Of a stretch of 64,000 nucleotides of DNA, positions 8,521 through 17,071 are shown piece after piece. Below the pieces are notes generated by a model, which did no database searches, was not told the DNA's origin, and saw only the letters and a list, made by a program, of their open reading frames with translations. The position numbers and the translations under genes were made by a program. Origin of the DNA: Candidatus Hermodarchaeota archaeon (GTDB lineage Archaea; Asgardarchaeota; Hermodarchaeia; Hermodarchaeales; Hermodarchaeaceae); assembly GCA_016839805.1 (NCBI GenBank), contig JAEOTO010000032.1, positions 202,564 to 266,563 of the forward strand, in the 5' to 3' direction. The first letter of the stretch is position 1. Each line of letters starts with the position of its first letter.

Positions 8521-10278
8521 TTAAAAACTATTTTTCCTCCTTTTTTTTGACTTAATTTTTGGTAGTGTATTCTCTGTCCATACCCATTTTTTTGCATCAA
8601 AATCATAGTACTTTGGTTGAATTGGTGATTCAAAACCTGTCATTGCCTGCCAAGTAGGTTTCACTTGAAATGCTACATTGATTTCCTGGTTTGAAAAGAT
8701 TTTTTGTAATGTTGATAGAACATCAACAGCATTATGATTCGGGACATAAAGGAAAACATAACCATTACCATTTTCAAGAATTACTCCACTAATATTAGGA
8801 AGTATATGAAGCGATTGAAGTACTTGTATAGTTATTTCTCGTGGTTCGAAAATGTAAATTTGGATTACTGTGTCCAAGCCCACGTGGTAAAGAATCAATC
8901 CTTGTAGTTTGCTTACGTTGTTTTTTTCTAATTTCTTTATTTGTCTCCTAAATTTCATATGAGCTGAATCTGCAAGACCTGCGTAACGGGCTTCAAGTGA
9001 TGGTTGTGCTGCTACTCGATCTGTGCTGAGAATAATTCTGTGATCTCGTCTAAAATATATGAAATCCTCAGGATTCAATTGAACAGGGAATTTCTGAGTG
9101 CTCTGTAATAAGTTGTAGGAAAATTCCAGTGAATACGTTTTTGGTATTTCTTCAACTGGTATCTCTTCTGATAAAATTGTACGAGATTTTTCGAGAATAA
9201 CCGAAAAGTCTTGGGGCCATCCAATTTCGGGTATATATGAACTAAGATTCCAGTTGTTAATAATCTCAGAGCTTCGTACGTTCATTAATATTGAGATCTT
9301 CTCTTGAACCACGAGGTCTTCTAACCAATCGTTAAAGGTCATTCTTTGGTTGTTTGGGATAAGTACTCTACAATGAAGTAGGTTATCCTGAATGAGGTTA
9401 ATTAACCAGGTGTAACAAATTTCAGAAAAGAAAGATGAAATCTGCTGGCATTTCTTTTGGCTTGGTATCTGTAGAATTACCTCATGGGGAGTTAATCCGA
9501 TTAATGGTAAGTTGATAAAGTGATATAAGCGAAGTAGATGTCTTTGAGCAAGTTTATTCAACGCTTGACTAAGAGCAGAAGGGGTCATTTGAAGTTGTTT
9601 AGCAAGTTTGCTTTGATGGAGGGTAGTTATGTGTTTCAGCGTCAAAAGGATACGTAGCTCACTACTCGTAAGAGGGGTATGGGTCTCAAGCATCCACCGT
9701 TCAAGGGCGGCAGTATAGGTTGATGTGGCGAGGGGAGTGCCGGTGCTTGTGGGACGAATAGTGTTAAGCCAGTGGAGGGCGCGGTGGAGAAAGCTGCCGG
9801 CAACAACTTGATCGAAGAGGGGGAAGCCTAAGGGCGCGTCGTATATGTAGTGCTGGTAGTGTTGGGGTGGGGACACCTGCTTCCAGATCTTGGTAAACGC
9901 CTTATATTCAGATTCGGTATAGTTGCCGTAACGGAGACCAGCGTAGAGGCCAAGGTCAGCCGCTTCGGGGATGTGACGTAGGTGAGGTAGAAGAAGGCTT
10001 AGGAGGGCTTCCCGCCAAAGCACCCAATCTAAGACATGGGAGTCAGCATCTTTGAGGTCCCGGGCGAGGGCAACGTACCAACCGCCGCGTAGTTGGTTCG
10101 CAAGTTGTGTTTCAAGAGCGCCAAAGCGTGGGCGATCATAGATTAACGGGTTGTCACCCCATACGAGGTAAAGAATACGGTCTTGCTTCCGGAATAAGGA
10201 ATCCATAATGAGCTCGGTGGCTAATTGATCCTGTTTACGATGGAACCTTTGCATCAGCTCACGCGACCTCGATGACAA
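8521..10278 (-). CDS. Uncharacterised 585-aa protein with internal MarR-like wHTH (paralogue A)
   Basis: Long clean ORF. wHTH segment LAKQLQMTPSALSQALNKLAQRHLLRL. Colinear similarity over its full length to the ORF at 10635-12365. Confidence 0.85.
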   Translation of the reverse strand: MSSRSRELMQRFHRKQDQLATELIMDSLFRKQDRILYLVWGDNPLIYDRPRFGALETQLANQLRGGWYVALARDLKDADSHVLDWVLWREALLSLLLPHLRHIPEAADLGLYAGLRYGNYTESEYKAFTKIWKQVSPPQHYQHYIYDAPLGFPLFDQVVAGSFLHRALHWLNTIRPTSTGTPLATSTYTAALERWMLETHTPLTSSELRILLTLKHITTLHQSKLAKQLQMTPSALSQALNKLAQRHLLRLYHFINLPLIGLTPHEVILQIPSQKKCQQISSFFSEICYTWLINLIQDNLLHCRVLIPNNQRMTFNDWLEDLVVQEKISILMNVRSSEIINNWNLSSYIPEIGWPQDFSVILEKSRTILSEEIPVEEIPKTYSLEFSYNLLQSTQKFPVQLNPEDFIYFRRDHRIILSTDRVAAQPSLEARYAGLADSAHMKFRRQIKKLEKNNVSKLQGLILYHVGLDTVIQIYIFEPREITIQVLQSLHILPNISGVILENGNGYVFLYVPNHNAVDVLSTLQKIFSNQEINVAFQVKPTWQAMTGFESPIQPKYYDFDAKKWVWTENTLPKIKSKKRRKNSF

Positions 10279-10349
10279 TATTTAGCCATCCAACCACACG
10301 ATGACTATACAAGGGATTCAGGTTAATTTTACCTTCCGATTATCCTTGA

Positions 10350-10393
10350 AGTATCAATAAATAAAAGAAAGGAAGGAAACCATCGAGGTTTCC
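10350..10393 (-). terminator. Hairpin plus oligo-T: candidate terminator of paralogue B
   Basis: Perfect 7-bp stem GGAAACC/GGTTTCC (10375-10393). On the minus strand it is followed by TTCCTTTCTTTTATTTATT. Lies between the stop of B and the start of A. Confidence 0.35.
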
Positions 10394-10634
10394 TTTTAGT
10401 AAGTACTAAGTAGGAATCGATGTATGTCCCTTTTTATTTCCTAAATATCATGAGGGTCAGGACGACGAGGGGGCCACATTGTTTTGATGCCTCCGAGGGT
10501 TATCTACTCTTCATTTCATGTAAGTTTCCCTTTAAAGACCGAAAATTATTTGCAAAAAGTAGGATGGATTTTTTTTCTAAATGGACTTTTTGTGTAATAA
10601 TCTGGTTATTGGTTGTTACATTCATGAATAATTA

Positions 10635-12365
10635 TCAGGTGCGAGGTAGTGGCAAGGTATCTTTTGTCCATATCCACATGTTTTTTCCAAAGTCGTAGTT
10701 AACAGAATCTATAGTATATGGTCCCGTCCATCCATAAGCTTCCCACGCAGGTCTAATTGCTGTAACGGCCGGAATTTCAAGGGCAGTGAGTAATTCGTTT
10801 AAGGAGATTTGTAGATATACAGCGGACTCAGAAGGTACAAGAAGTGTAGCAACACCAGCTCCATCATCGAATATTCTTCCTGCAACGTGTGGAAACAGTT
10901 GACACGCAGTGAAGATTAGGCGAGTTTCCTCTATTGATGATTCAAGGTATAGATAGAGAGCAGTATTTAAGCCAATATTTAACAACCCAAGTCCGAGTGG
11001 TGGGCTAATTACTTCATTTTTTTCAAGATATTTGACACGTCGACGATAAGCCATGTGTTCAGATTCTTTATATCCAGCCTGCCTCAACTCATGGGACTCA
11101 AAAAACTTCATGTGCTCAGTAGCGAGATAAGCATCAGATGCTCTTTGCATGAAAAAGAAATCTTGTTGTTTAATCTCGATGCTTTTTTTCGAATGAGAGG
11201 AAGCCAGCTTGTAAAAGTTAATGGGTGGTAAATGTGGAATCCATTCTTCTGATATTAATCTCGAAAAATTGTCAAATATTGATTCGATTTCAAGGGACCA
11301 GCCATCCTTTTGGGGGTCGTACAGATTAAAGTTTCGAGCGTGCATTCTTTCTGAAATCATTCGTAGTTCCGGTGAGCTAAGACCATAACTTGAAGACACT
11401 TGTTTAAGCCATTGGCGGAATCGTGTCATTCGTTCTGTTGGAATTAAGAATGAAGCTAAAAGCTGATTATTGAATTCTTGAATTGCAAGTGCATAACGAA
11501 TTCTAGAGATTATTTGCGTCAGGGAATTTTTAATTCTCATATTCGAAGTAGAAAATTTGACTGTGATTGGTTGAAGACCAAGTATCGGATAATTTTCGAA
11601 GATAACAAACCGTAAAAGGTGTTTTTCTGCAAGTCTTTTAATTACTTGACTTATTGTTGGCTGGCGGATGTTGAGTTTATCAGCTAATTCGATCTGTGAA
11701 CAGGTAAGACAATTGTTAATGCCCTTTAGGATTTTAAGTTCTATTGGTCGTAAAATTCTGTGATAGTTGAACATCCAGCGTTCGAGATTCTCAGCATAAG
11801 TCTGTGTGGTCATCTTCGTTGATAGTTGAAAGAATGGTTTGAACCATAGTTTGGTCTTCTGGAGAAAGGTACCATCTACAAGTTTATCGAAAAACGGAAA
11901 CCCTGCTGTGGGAAAATAGCGGTAAAAGGTATATTCTATAGGTGGTGATGTAATTTCCCAGATTTGGAGAAACCAGTGTCGCTGCTTCTTGGTTCTGAGT
12001 GCATAGCGGGAGTAGCAATATAGACCGAGATCAGAGGCTTCTTTTACAGAGCGTACTATTTTGGGTATGTGGAGTAGATAGGCTTCACGCCATAATACCG
12101 CATTAAGAAGATTCCTACGTTCAGTAAGCAATTCTTCCGATAATTCCAAAGTTAATTGATTGTTGGTGCTTGTTTCGTTAGCACCGAAGCGTGGTCCGGT
12201 GAGTTCGATTGGGTTTTGGATCCAGCGAATAGTAGTATACGTGTCGAGGGATTCGGTACCAATAATCTGTTGTAATTGTCGTGCGATTTCATTAAAACGA
12301 TGCAAAGCTTCTGTCTTTCGTTGCTTAAGGATTTCATCTGAAATTTTAGAAGGATTTGTATTCAT
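10635..12365 (-). CDS. Uncharacterised 576-aa protein with internal MarR-like wHTH (paralogue B)
   Basis: Long clean ORF. wHTH LADKLNIRQPTISQVIKRLAEKHLLRF. Shares conserved blocks with paralogue A (listed in findings). Confidence 0.85.
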   Translation of the reverse strand: MNTNPSKISDEILKQRKTEALHRFNEIARQLQQIIGTESLDTYTTIRWIQNPIELTGPRFGANETSTNNQLTLELSEELLTERRNLLNAVLWREAYLLHIPKIVRSVKEASDLGLYCYSRYALRTKKQRHWFLQIWEITSPPIEYTFYRYFPTAGFPFFDKLVDGTFLQKTKLWFKPFFQLSTKMTTQTYAENLERWMFNYHRILRPIELKILKGINNCLTCSQIELADKLNIRQPTISQVIKRLAEKHLLRFVIFENYPILGLQPITVKFSTSNMRIKNSLTQIISRIRYALAIQEFNNQLLASFLIPTERMTRFRQWLKQVSSSYGLSSPELRMISERMHARNFNLYDPQKDGWSLEIESIFDNFSRLISEEWIPHLPPINFYKLASSHSKKSIEIKQQDFFFMQRASDAYLATEHMKFFESHELRQAGYKESEHMAYRRRVKYLEKNEVISPPLGLGLLNIGLNTALYLYLESSIEETRLIFTACQLFPHVAGRIFDDGAGVATLLVPSESAVYLQISLNELLTALEIPAVTAIRPAWEAYGWTGPYTIDSVNYDFGKNMWIWTKDTLPLPRT

Positions 12366-12486
12366 TGTGAGAGTTCCCGTGGTTTTCCCTAGACTAGTCT
12401 ATTCATGAATATGACATCTTAATAGTCTTAGGAAGAATAAGTGATTGAAGGTGTGGAGTTTTTCTATTCTATAGTCTTGAGATGAA

Positions 12487-12660
12487 TGGCGCGACTGCTT
12501 GGTCGTAGTCCGGGTGGCTGAGCGGTGTACAATCTGTGGGGTGGTTGGATGCCTCGCAACAATAATCGATTGCACATCTCCCCTCGTTGGATCCGACTGC
12601 CGATTGAGGGTCCGGAATCGTGCCGGGGGTACAATACGGTAGTCGGAGCACGGCCACTAC
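12487..12660. ncRNA. GC-rich structured-RNA candidate of unknown class (strand unresolved)
   Basis: About 175 nt. A 60-nt line inside it counts 62% GC, against an AT-rich flank. Two homologous modules lie 102 nt apart, and there is a long near-perfect hairpin at 12592-12652. It sits in the tRNA cluster. Confidence 0.4.
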
Positions 12661-12710
12661 GTTAGCCAATTTTTATCAGAAATTGCTAACAGTTCAAATA
12701 GCAGAAGAAG

Positions 12711-12830
12711 TGGTAGCGGGGGGTTGATTTGAACAACCGATCTCGGGGTTTCCCAAGGGGATTTATGAGCCCCGCGGGATATCAGGTCTCGGTGAGGAAC
12801 ACCAAGATATCCTGGCTACCCCACCCCGCT
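12711..12830 (-). tRNA. Initiator tRNA-Met(CAT) with two introns (D loop and anticodon loop); CCA encoded
   Basis: Minus strand: AGCGGGG-TG-GGGTAGCCAGG[..~28 nt..]ATCCC-G-CGGGG-CTCATA[~14 nt]A-CCCCG-AGATC-GGTTG-TTCAAAT-CAACC-CCCCGCT-A-CCA. A1:U72 and three G-C pairs next to the anticodon loop are initiator hallmarks. Confidence 0.8.
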
Positions 12831-12938
12831 TCCGAAGATAATGGGAATCGTTAGAGAAGAGCCGGCGTTATTGATTTAAGCTTTGTGCCTTGAAGAAGAT
12901 AAGCAACCGGTTCGCTTTGAGTGATGGAGAAGAAGTAG

Positions 12939-13015
12939 TGGTGGGTCGGACGGGCTTCGAACCCGCGACCTCTCGGTTATCAGCCGAGTGCCCTACCAAG
13001 CTAGGCCACCGACCC
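12939..13015 (-). tRNA. tRNA-Ile(GAT), uninterrupted, CCA encoded
   Basis: GGGTCGG-TG-GCCT-AGCTTGGTA-GGGC-A-CTCGG-CTGATAA-CCGAG-AGGTC-GCGGG-TTCGAAG-CCCGT-CCGACCC-A-CCA (77 nt). Confidence 0.9.
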
Positions 13016-13086
13016 ACTCGTTGTTCGGGATTGCGCGTAGGGTTTTTCGTTTATATGGGTTTTGCCGATGCAGTGATGGGGTGAGT

Positions 13087-13161
13087 TGGTGGAGTGGCCG
13101 GGATTTGAACCCGGGGCCTCGTGTGTGCGAGACACGCGATCTACCGCTGATCTACCACCCC
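13087..13161 (-). tRNA. tRNA-Ala(CGC), uninterrupted, CCA encoded
   Basis: GGGGTGG-TA-GATC-AGCGGTA-GATC-G-CGTGT-CTCGCAC-ACACG-AGGCC-CCGGG-TTCAAAT-CCCGG-CCACTCC-A-CCA. The G3:U70 Ala identity pair is present. Confidence 0.9.
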
Positions 13162-13174
13162 ACTGGGTTCGGGG

Positions 13175-15589
13175 TTATTTTGGTGGAAGTATTTGTGTGT
13201 TACCCTTTGTGGTGAATTCTAGGATCTCGATGTTGTGCATCTGTTTCAAGTCATTAGCATAGGGTTGTAGGTCTTTGGTCGTGGTGACTCGGGGTATTAC
13301 CTCACGAAAGCTCATTTTGTGGTCTTTTTTATATTTCCATACATCTGCGTTGAACTGAGTTAATGTGTCAGTGGGATGGTCTTGGTCGATGATAGCAATA
13401 GGTTCGGGAAATAATTGTTTATGAATCGAACTGTCAGGGCTGTAGAGTGTGCGATGGATTTTATCGGTGATGTATGGGCAGATGGGAGCAAGGAGTTTGA
13501 GAATACTATGGAGCACGGAATGGAGAGTATGCCAAGCAGCGTTACGCTCAGCGGTATCTTCTTCACTGTAGGCACGACCCTTAACTAGTTCAAGGTAGTG
13601 ACTAGCAAAAATGTCCCAAGTGAAGGTTCGGAGTTCACGGGCGGGGATATGGAAATCGAGTTTGTCATAACCCTTGCGACTTTTTTTTATGAGGTTGTTG
13701 AGTTCAGTTAGAATCCAGTTATCGGTAGGTTGAAGGTCATCCTTGTCTGCGTTGATATAGGGGAAACCGGAGATAAAACGGGAAATGTTCCAGAGTTTAG
13801 TGAGGAATCGGTGAGCGCCAGCTAATCGACCTTCACTATATCGGAAGTCAGAGCCAAGAGAGGCTTCGAGCGCGCCCCATAGTCGTAAGGCATCAGCTCC
13901 AAACTGGTTAATGATAGGGTTAGGATCGATGGTGTTACCACGAGATTTACTCATGGCTTCACCCTTTTCATCGAGTCCGTGACCACTAATCCAGATGTAT
14001 TTGAAAGCGGGAGCTTTGAAAAGTTGATAGATTCGGAGAATGGAATAGTAGAGCCAAGTTCGAACTATATCCTTGCCTTGTGGGCGAATGCTCGCTGGGA
14101 AGGCATGTTCGAAAAATTCATTATCTTTGGAATAAAAGATTGTAATAAGGGCGCTTATGGATGAATCCATCCAAGTGTCCATGGTGCGGGTTTCGCCTTC
14201 GAATCCTTCGGTAGCTCCACATTTGGGACATTTTTTGGTTGGTGGTGGTGTTTTCCATGGTTGATAATAAACACCTGGTGGTGGAACGATGGTTTCATTG
14301 CATTGAGTGCAATACCAGAGCGGAATTTCCGTTCCATAAAAACGGCGTCGACTAATGGGCCAGTCATGGGTGACACTATTAATCCAATCAATGAGTATTT
14401 GTTTGTGTTTTGGTGGGAAGAATTCCATCTGGTCAGTAACAGTTAGGAGATCATCAATGTATGGAATTTGCTTCAAATAATATTCAGGCATAGCCACAAA
14501 TTCAATGGGATTTCTGCTTCGCCAACACGTAGGGGTTCGATGGATGGTGGTATCTTGTTTGATAACAAGATCCTTTTTACTTAGGTCTTTGAGGATTGCG
14601 CTTCTTGCCTTGTTGACGGTCATTCCCTTATATGGGCCCGTTACTTCCGTCAGTTTTCCGTCGGGACCAAGTGCGTTAATAGGTTTAAGTTGCAGGTCTC
14701 GAAAGAGGCGCACGTCAGTATAATCACCATAACTGCACACCATGACGACTCCGCTACCAAATTCGATGCGCGCCTCATGGTGAGGGATAATTGGTACATT
14801 CTTTTCGTATAGCGGTGTAACTGCTGTTTTGTTGTGGAGGTGTTTGTACCGTTCATCTTCTGGGTTAACAAGCACAGCTGCACATGCAGACAACAGTTCC
14901 GGTCGTGTTGTAGCAATCGGTAATTCTTCATTCGTATCCTTTACAGAGAATTTTATTGTCGAGAGGGTTGTTTCGATGTCCTTGTATTCGACCTCGGCAT
15001 CAGCAATGGTGGTTCCACATTCAGGACACCAATTGTTTGGTCGGTCATCGATGAAAATTTGGTTTTTGTTGAAGAGTTCTATGAAGGTGCTTTGTGTAAC
15101 GGCTCGATATTCAGGGCTATCGGTTCGATACATCTCATCATGTTTGAAGGAGTTACAACTCAATCCTAGACGCTGTGCCTGAGCCACGACTAATTCTTCA
15201 TTTTGATCCAAGAATTTTGCACACATTTCTAGAAACTTTTGTCGCGGTATATCATGCATACTAATATTGTAGGCTATTTCGACTTGAACTTCAATAGGTA
15301 ATCCGTTTCGGTCTAATCCCATAGGAAAGATGACTTCATTTCCTTCCATGCGTTTTGTACGGGCAATCATATCAATTTGAGCATAGTGAATTGCACCTCC
15401 AACATGGAAGGGACCACTCAGATAAGGGGGTGGTGTGTCAACAGAGAAGATGGGGTTTTTAGTATCTCTTTCAAAAGTGTATAGCTGCTCCTTAGTCCAT
15501 AACTGAAGGATTTCCTCCTCGATTTTTGGCTTCCAACGCTTTTCTTTTAGCAGTATCTTTTGCCCCATCATTTCTAGCCTCTGCACCAT
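13175..15589 (-). CDS. valS: Valyl-tRNA synthetase (class Ia aaRS)
   Basis: 804 aa. DTPPPYLSGPFHVGG (HIGH-region variant), GLDRNGLPIE, editing insert, AMSKSRGN (KMSKS). The N-terminal pattern and size fit archaeal ValRS best. Confidence 0.8.
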   Translation of the reverse strand: MVQRLEMMGQKILLKEKRWKPKIEEEILQLWTKEQLYTFERDTKNPIFSVDTPPPYLSGPFHVGGAIHYAQIDMIARTKRMEGNEVIFPMGLDRNGLPIEVQVEIAYNISMHDIPRQKFLEMCAKFLDQNEELVVAQAQRLGLSCNSFKHDEMYRTDSPEYRAVTQSTFIELFNKNQIFIDDRPNNWCPECGTTIADAEVEYKDIETTLSTIKFSVKDTNEELPIATTRPELLSACAAVLVNPEDERYKHLHNKTAVTPLYEKNVPIIPHHEARIEFGSGVVMVCSYGDYTDVRLFRDLQLKPINALGPDGKLTEVTGPYKGMTVNKARSAILKDLSKKDLVIKQDTTIHRTPTCWRSRNPIEFVAMPEYYLKQIPYIDDLLTVTDQMEFFPPKHKQILIDWINSVTHDWPISRRRFYGTEIPLWYCTQCNETIVPPPGVYYQPWKTPPPTKKCPKCGATEGFEGETRTMDTWMDSSISALITIFYSKDNEFFEHAFPASIRPQGKDIVRTWLYYSILRIYQLFKAPAFKYIWISGHGLDEKGEAMSKSRGNTIDPNPIINQFGADALRLWGALEASLGSDFRYSEGRLAGAHRFLTKLWNISRFISGFPYINADKDDLQPTDNWILTELNNLIKKSRKGYDKLDFHIPARELRTFTWDIFASHYLELVKGRAYSEEDTAERNAAWHTLHSVLHSILKLLAPICPYITDKIHRTLYSPDSSIHKQLFPEPIAIIDQDHPTDTLTQFNADVWKYKKDHKMSFREVIPRVTTTKDLQPYANDLKQMHNIEILEFTTKGNTQILPPK

Positions 15590-15704
15590 TCTTTAACTGA
15601 GTTACATGAAAGGAGCCATATTTGGCACTTGTTGTATTTTTCTTTTTAACTAGGAGACGGCATTCTTTCGTATATTAAAAAGGCTTTCTCCAAGAATTTC
15701 TGAC

Positions 15705-16973
15705 CTAAGCCTGTTCAGCCCATCGTAAAATCGCTGCAAAACCTCGAAATGCACCTAGTAATTGTTTTCCTTCCTCAGTCTCAGGCGAGATGATTTCCAG
15801 CGTGGACCCAGTTTCTTGTGCTAGTTCGTTAAACTCTTCAATGATGTCTTGGGCTTTTTCAATTCCAAGGGACTGGTTATGACAGTTAGGACATTGTTGT
15901 TCTGCTAATTGATCTTCAAATTCGGAAATGGAATCAGGCTCTAAAGTTTTCTCGGAGCTGTAACCACAAGAACTACAAGTAATGGTAGCACGTTCATAAT
16001 CAATACCTTCAGAAACTAATATTGTGTCAACAGCTCCTCGATCAAGAGCTTCTCGGACTTGTTTTTCTCCATATGTAGCACGACCTGTATCACGGGCGAG
16101 TTCACTGAGAAACCGTTGGACCAGGCGCTTTTCTTTAACAAGTCGTTGGTTTCGTAGAATTTCCTCAGATTTCTCTACCAGAGCCCTAATGCCTTCTTCT
16201 CCCGCATATGCTGTATCGAGAACAGCCAAGATTTTGTCTTTGAGGGGGCTAGTGAGATAACCTTTCTCAGCAAAGACTGCCTTGGTAAATCCCGGTCCTC
16301 CGATAATTATTCCACTCAAATCGGAAATTTCCTCGAACAGTTCTCGAGTCAATTCGCTTGATTTAGTGAGAAATTCGTGAGCTGCTTGTTCGATTAGCCG
16401 TTCAAATCGTCTCTGACTCTGACCTCCTGCTCGGTGTTTACCCATAATTCCCGATTTAAGCGTTTTAACAATCTTTAAATTAGTTCCTCTGAGGAGAGCC
16501 CATGCTGATTGACTACGATCGATTGAAATTAGCCCATAACTGCTTTTAGGGCTTAACATATCACGGAGGGGATCAAGCCAGAACTCAGAGGCACATTGGT
16601 AGATATACACATTGACCGGTTCTGGTGGTTCAATGAGGTAAATTTCCATTTTTTCGCTACCTGGTGCCCCTTTCGGGATTGCGCCAGCAAATACTGCAAG
16701 TCCATTTGGAGGTGGTTTAGGAATGATTTTTAATCGCTGGATGACGGTTTGGATGGCGTCCATTACATTTTTTCGTGTCGATTTCGACTTGATGTTTGTT
16801 GCGGTCCCGTATTCAGTGCGTAGTGTTCCAATGACGTCACTTATTTGCCGGTCTGAAGGAATATAGAGAGTGATTAATTCCGTGTGTAGTCCTTTTTTTC
16901 GTGCTAAAGTGTCCACTACCTTCTTGAGTTTGAACCGCTGATACGATTCACTAGTAGTAGACATAGTGTACAA
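15705..16973 (-). CDS. prf1: Peptide chain release factor aRF1
   Basis: 422 aa. NIKS motif (TATNIKSKS), GGQ motif (HRAGGQSQRR), C-terminal Zn-ribbon insert CSSCG...CPNCH. Confidence 0.95.
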   Translation of the reverse strand: MYTMSTTSESYQRFKLKKVVDTLARKKGLHTELITLYIPSDRQISDVIGTLRTEYGTATNIKSKSTRKNVMDAIQTVIQRLKIIPKPPPNGLAVFAGAIPKGAPGSEKMEIYLIEPPEPVNVYIYQCASEFWLDPLRDMLSPKSSYGLISIDRSQSAWALLRGTNLKIVKTLKSGIMGKHRAGGQSQRRFERLIEQAAHEFLTKSSELTRELFEEISDLSGIIIGGPGFTKAVFAEKGYLTSPLKDKILAVLDTAYAGEEGIRALVEKSEEILRNQRLVKEKRLVQRFLSELARDTGRATYGEKQVREALDRGAVDTILVSEGIDYERATITCSSCGYSSEKTLEPDSISEFEDQLAEQQCPNCHNQSLGIEKAQDIIEEFNELAQETGSTLEIISPETEEGKQLLGAFRGFAAILRWAEQA

Positions 16974-17071
16974 CCCTTTTTATCGCGTAAAACGATATGA
17001 ATACGCCATTGACTGCGAGCAGCAACACATTAAAGGTAATCATAAACTTTTCGAACTAAAGAGGCATCTCT

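Noticed and set aside
10420-10698. 92-aa plus-strand ORF between the two paralogues
   Set aside because: It lies in the intergenic/terminator region, runs antisense into the 3' end of paralogue B, and has an odd composition.
12487-12660. Attempted assignment of the GC-rich element as a tRNA (with introns), 5S rRNA, SRP RNA or RNase P RNA
   Set aside because: There is no GTTCRAAT T loop and no complementary acceptor halves on either strand. It is too long and mismatched for 5S. It is too short for SRP RNA, and its CCGGAA is not closed like the helix-8 tetraloop. AGUCCGGG resembles RNase P CR-I, but the GGAAAG part and CR-IV/V are not convincing. I left it as an unclassified candidate.
12469-12669. 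66-aa minus-strand ORF (TTG start) covering the GC-rich element
   Set aside because: It has an alternative start and no recognisable protein features. It coincides exactly with a GC-rich, hairpin-rich segment in a tRNA cluster, which is more consistent with RNA than with coding.
12890-13215. Two plus-strand ORFs (64 and 75 aa)
   Set aside because: They are read straight through the antisense of tRNA-Ile and tRNA-Ala, so they are artefacts of GC-rich tRNA sequence.
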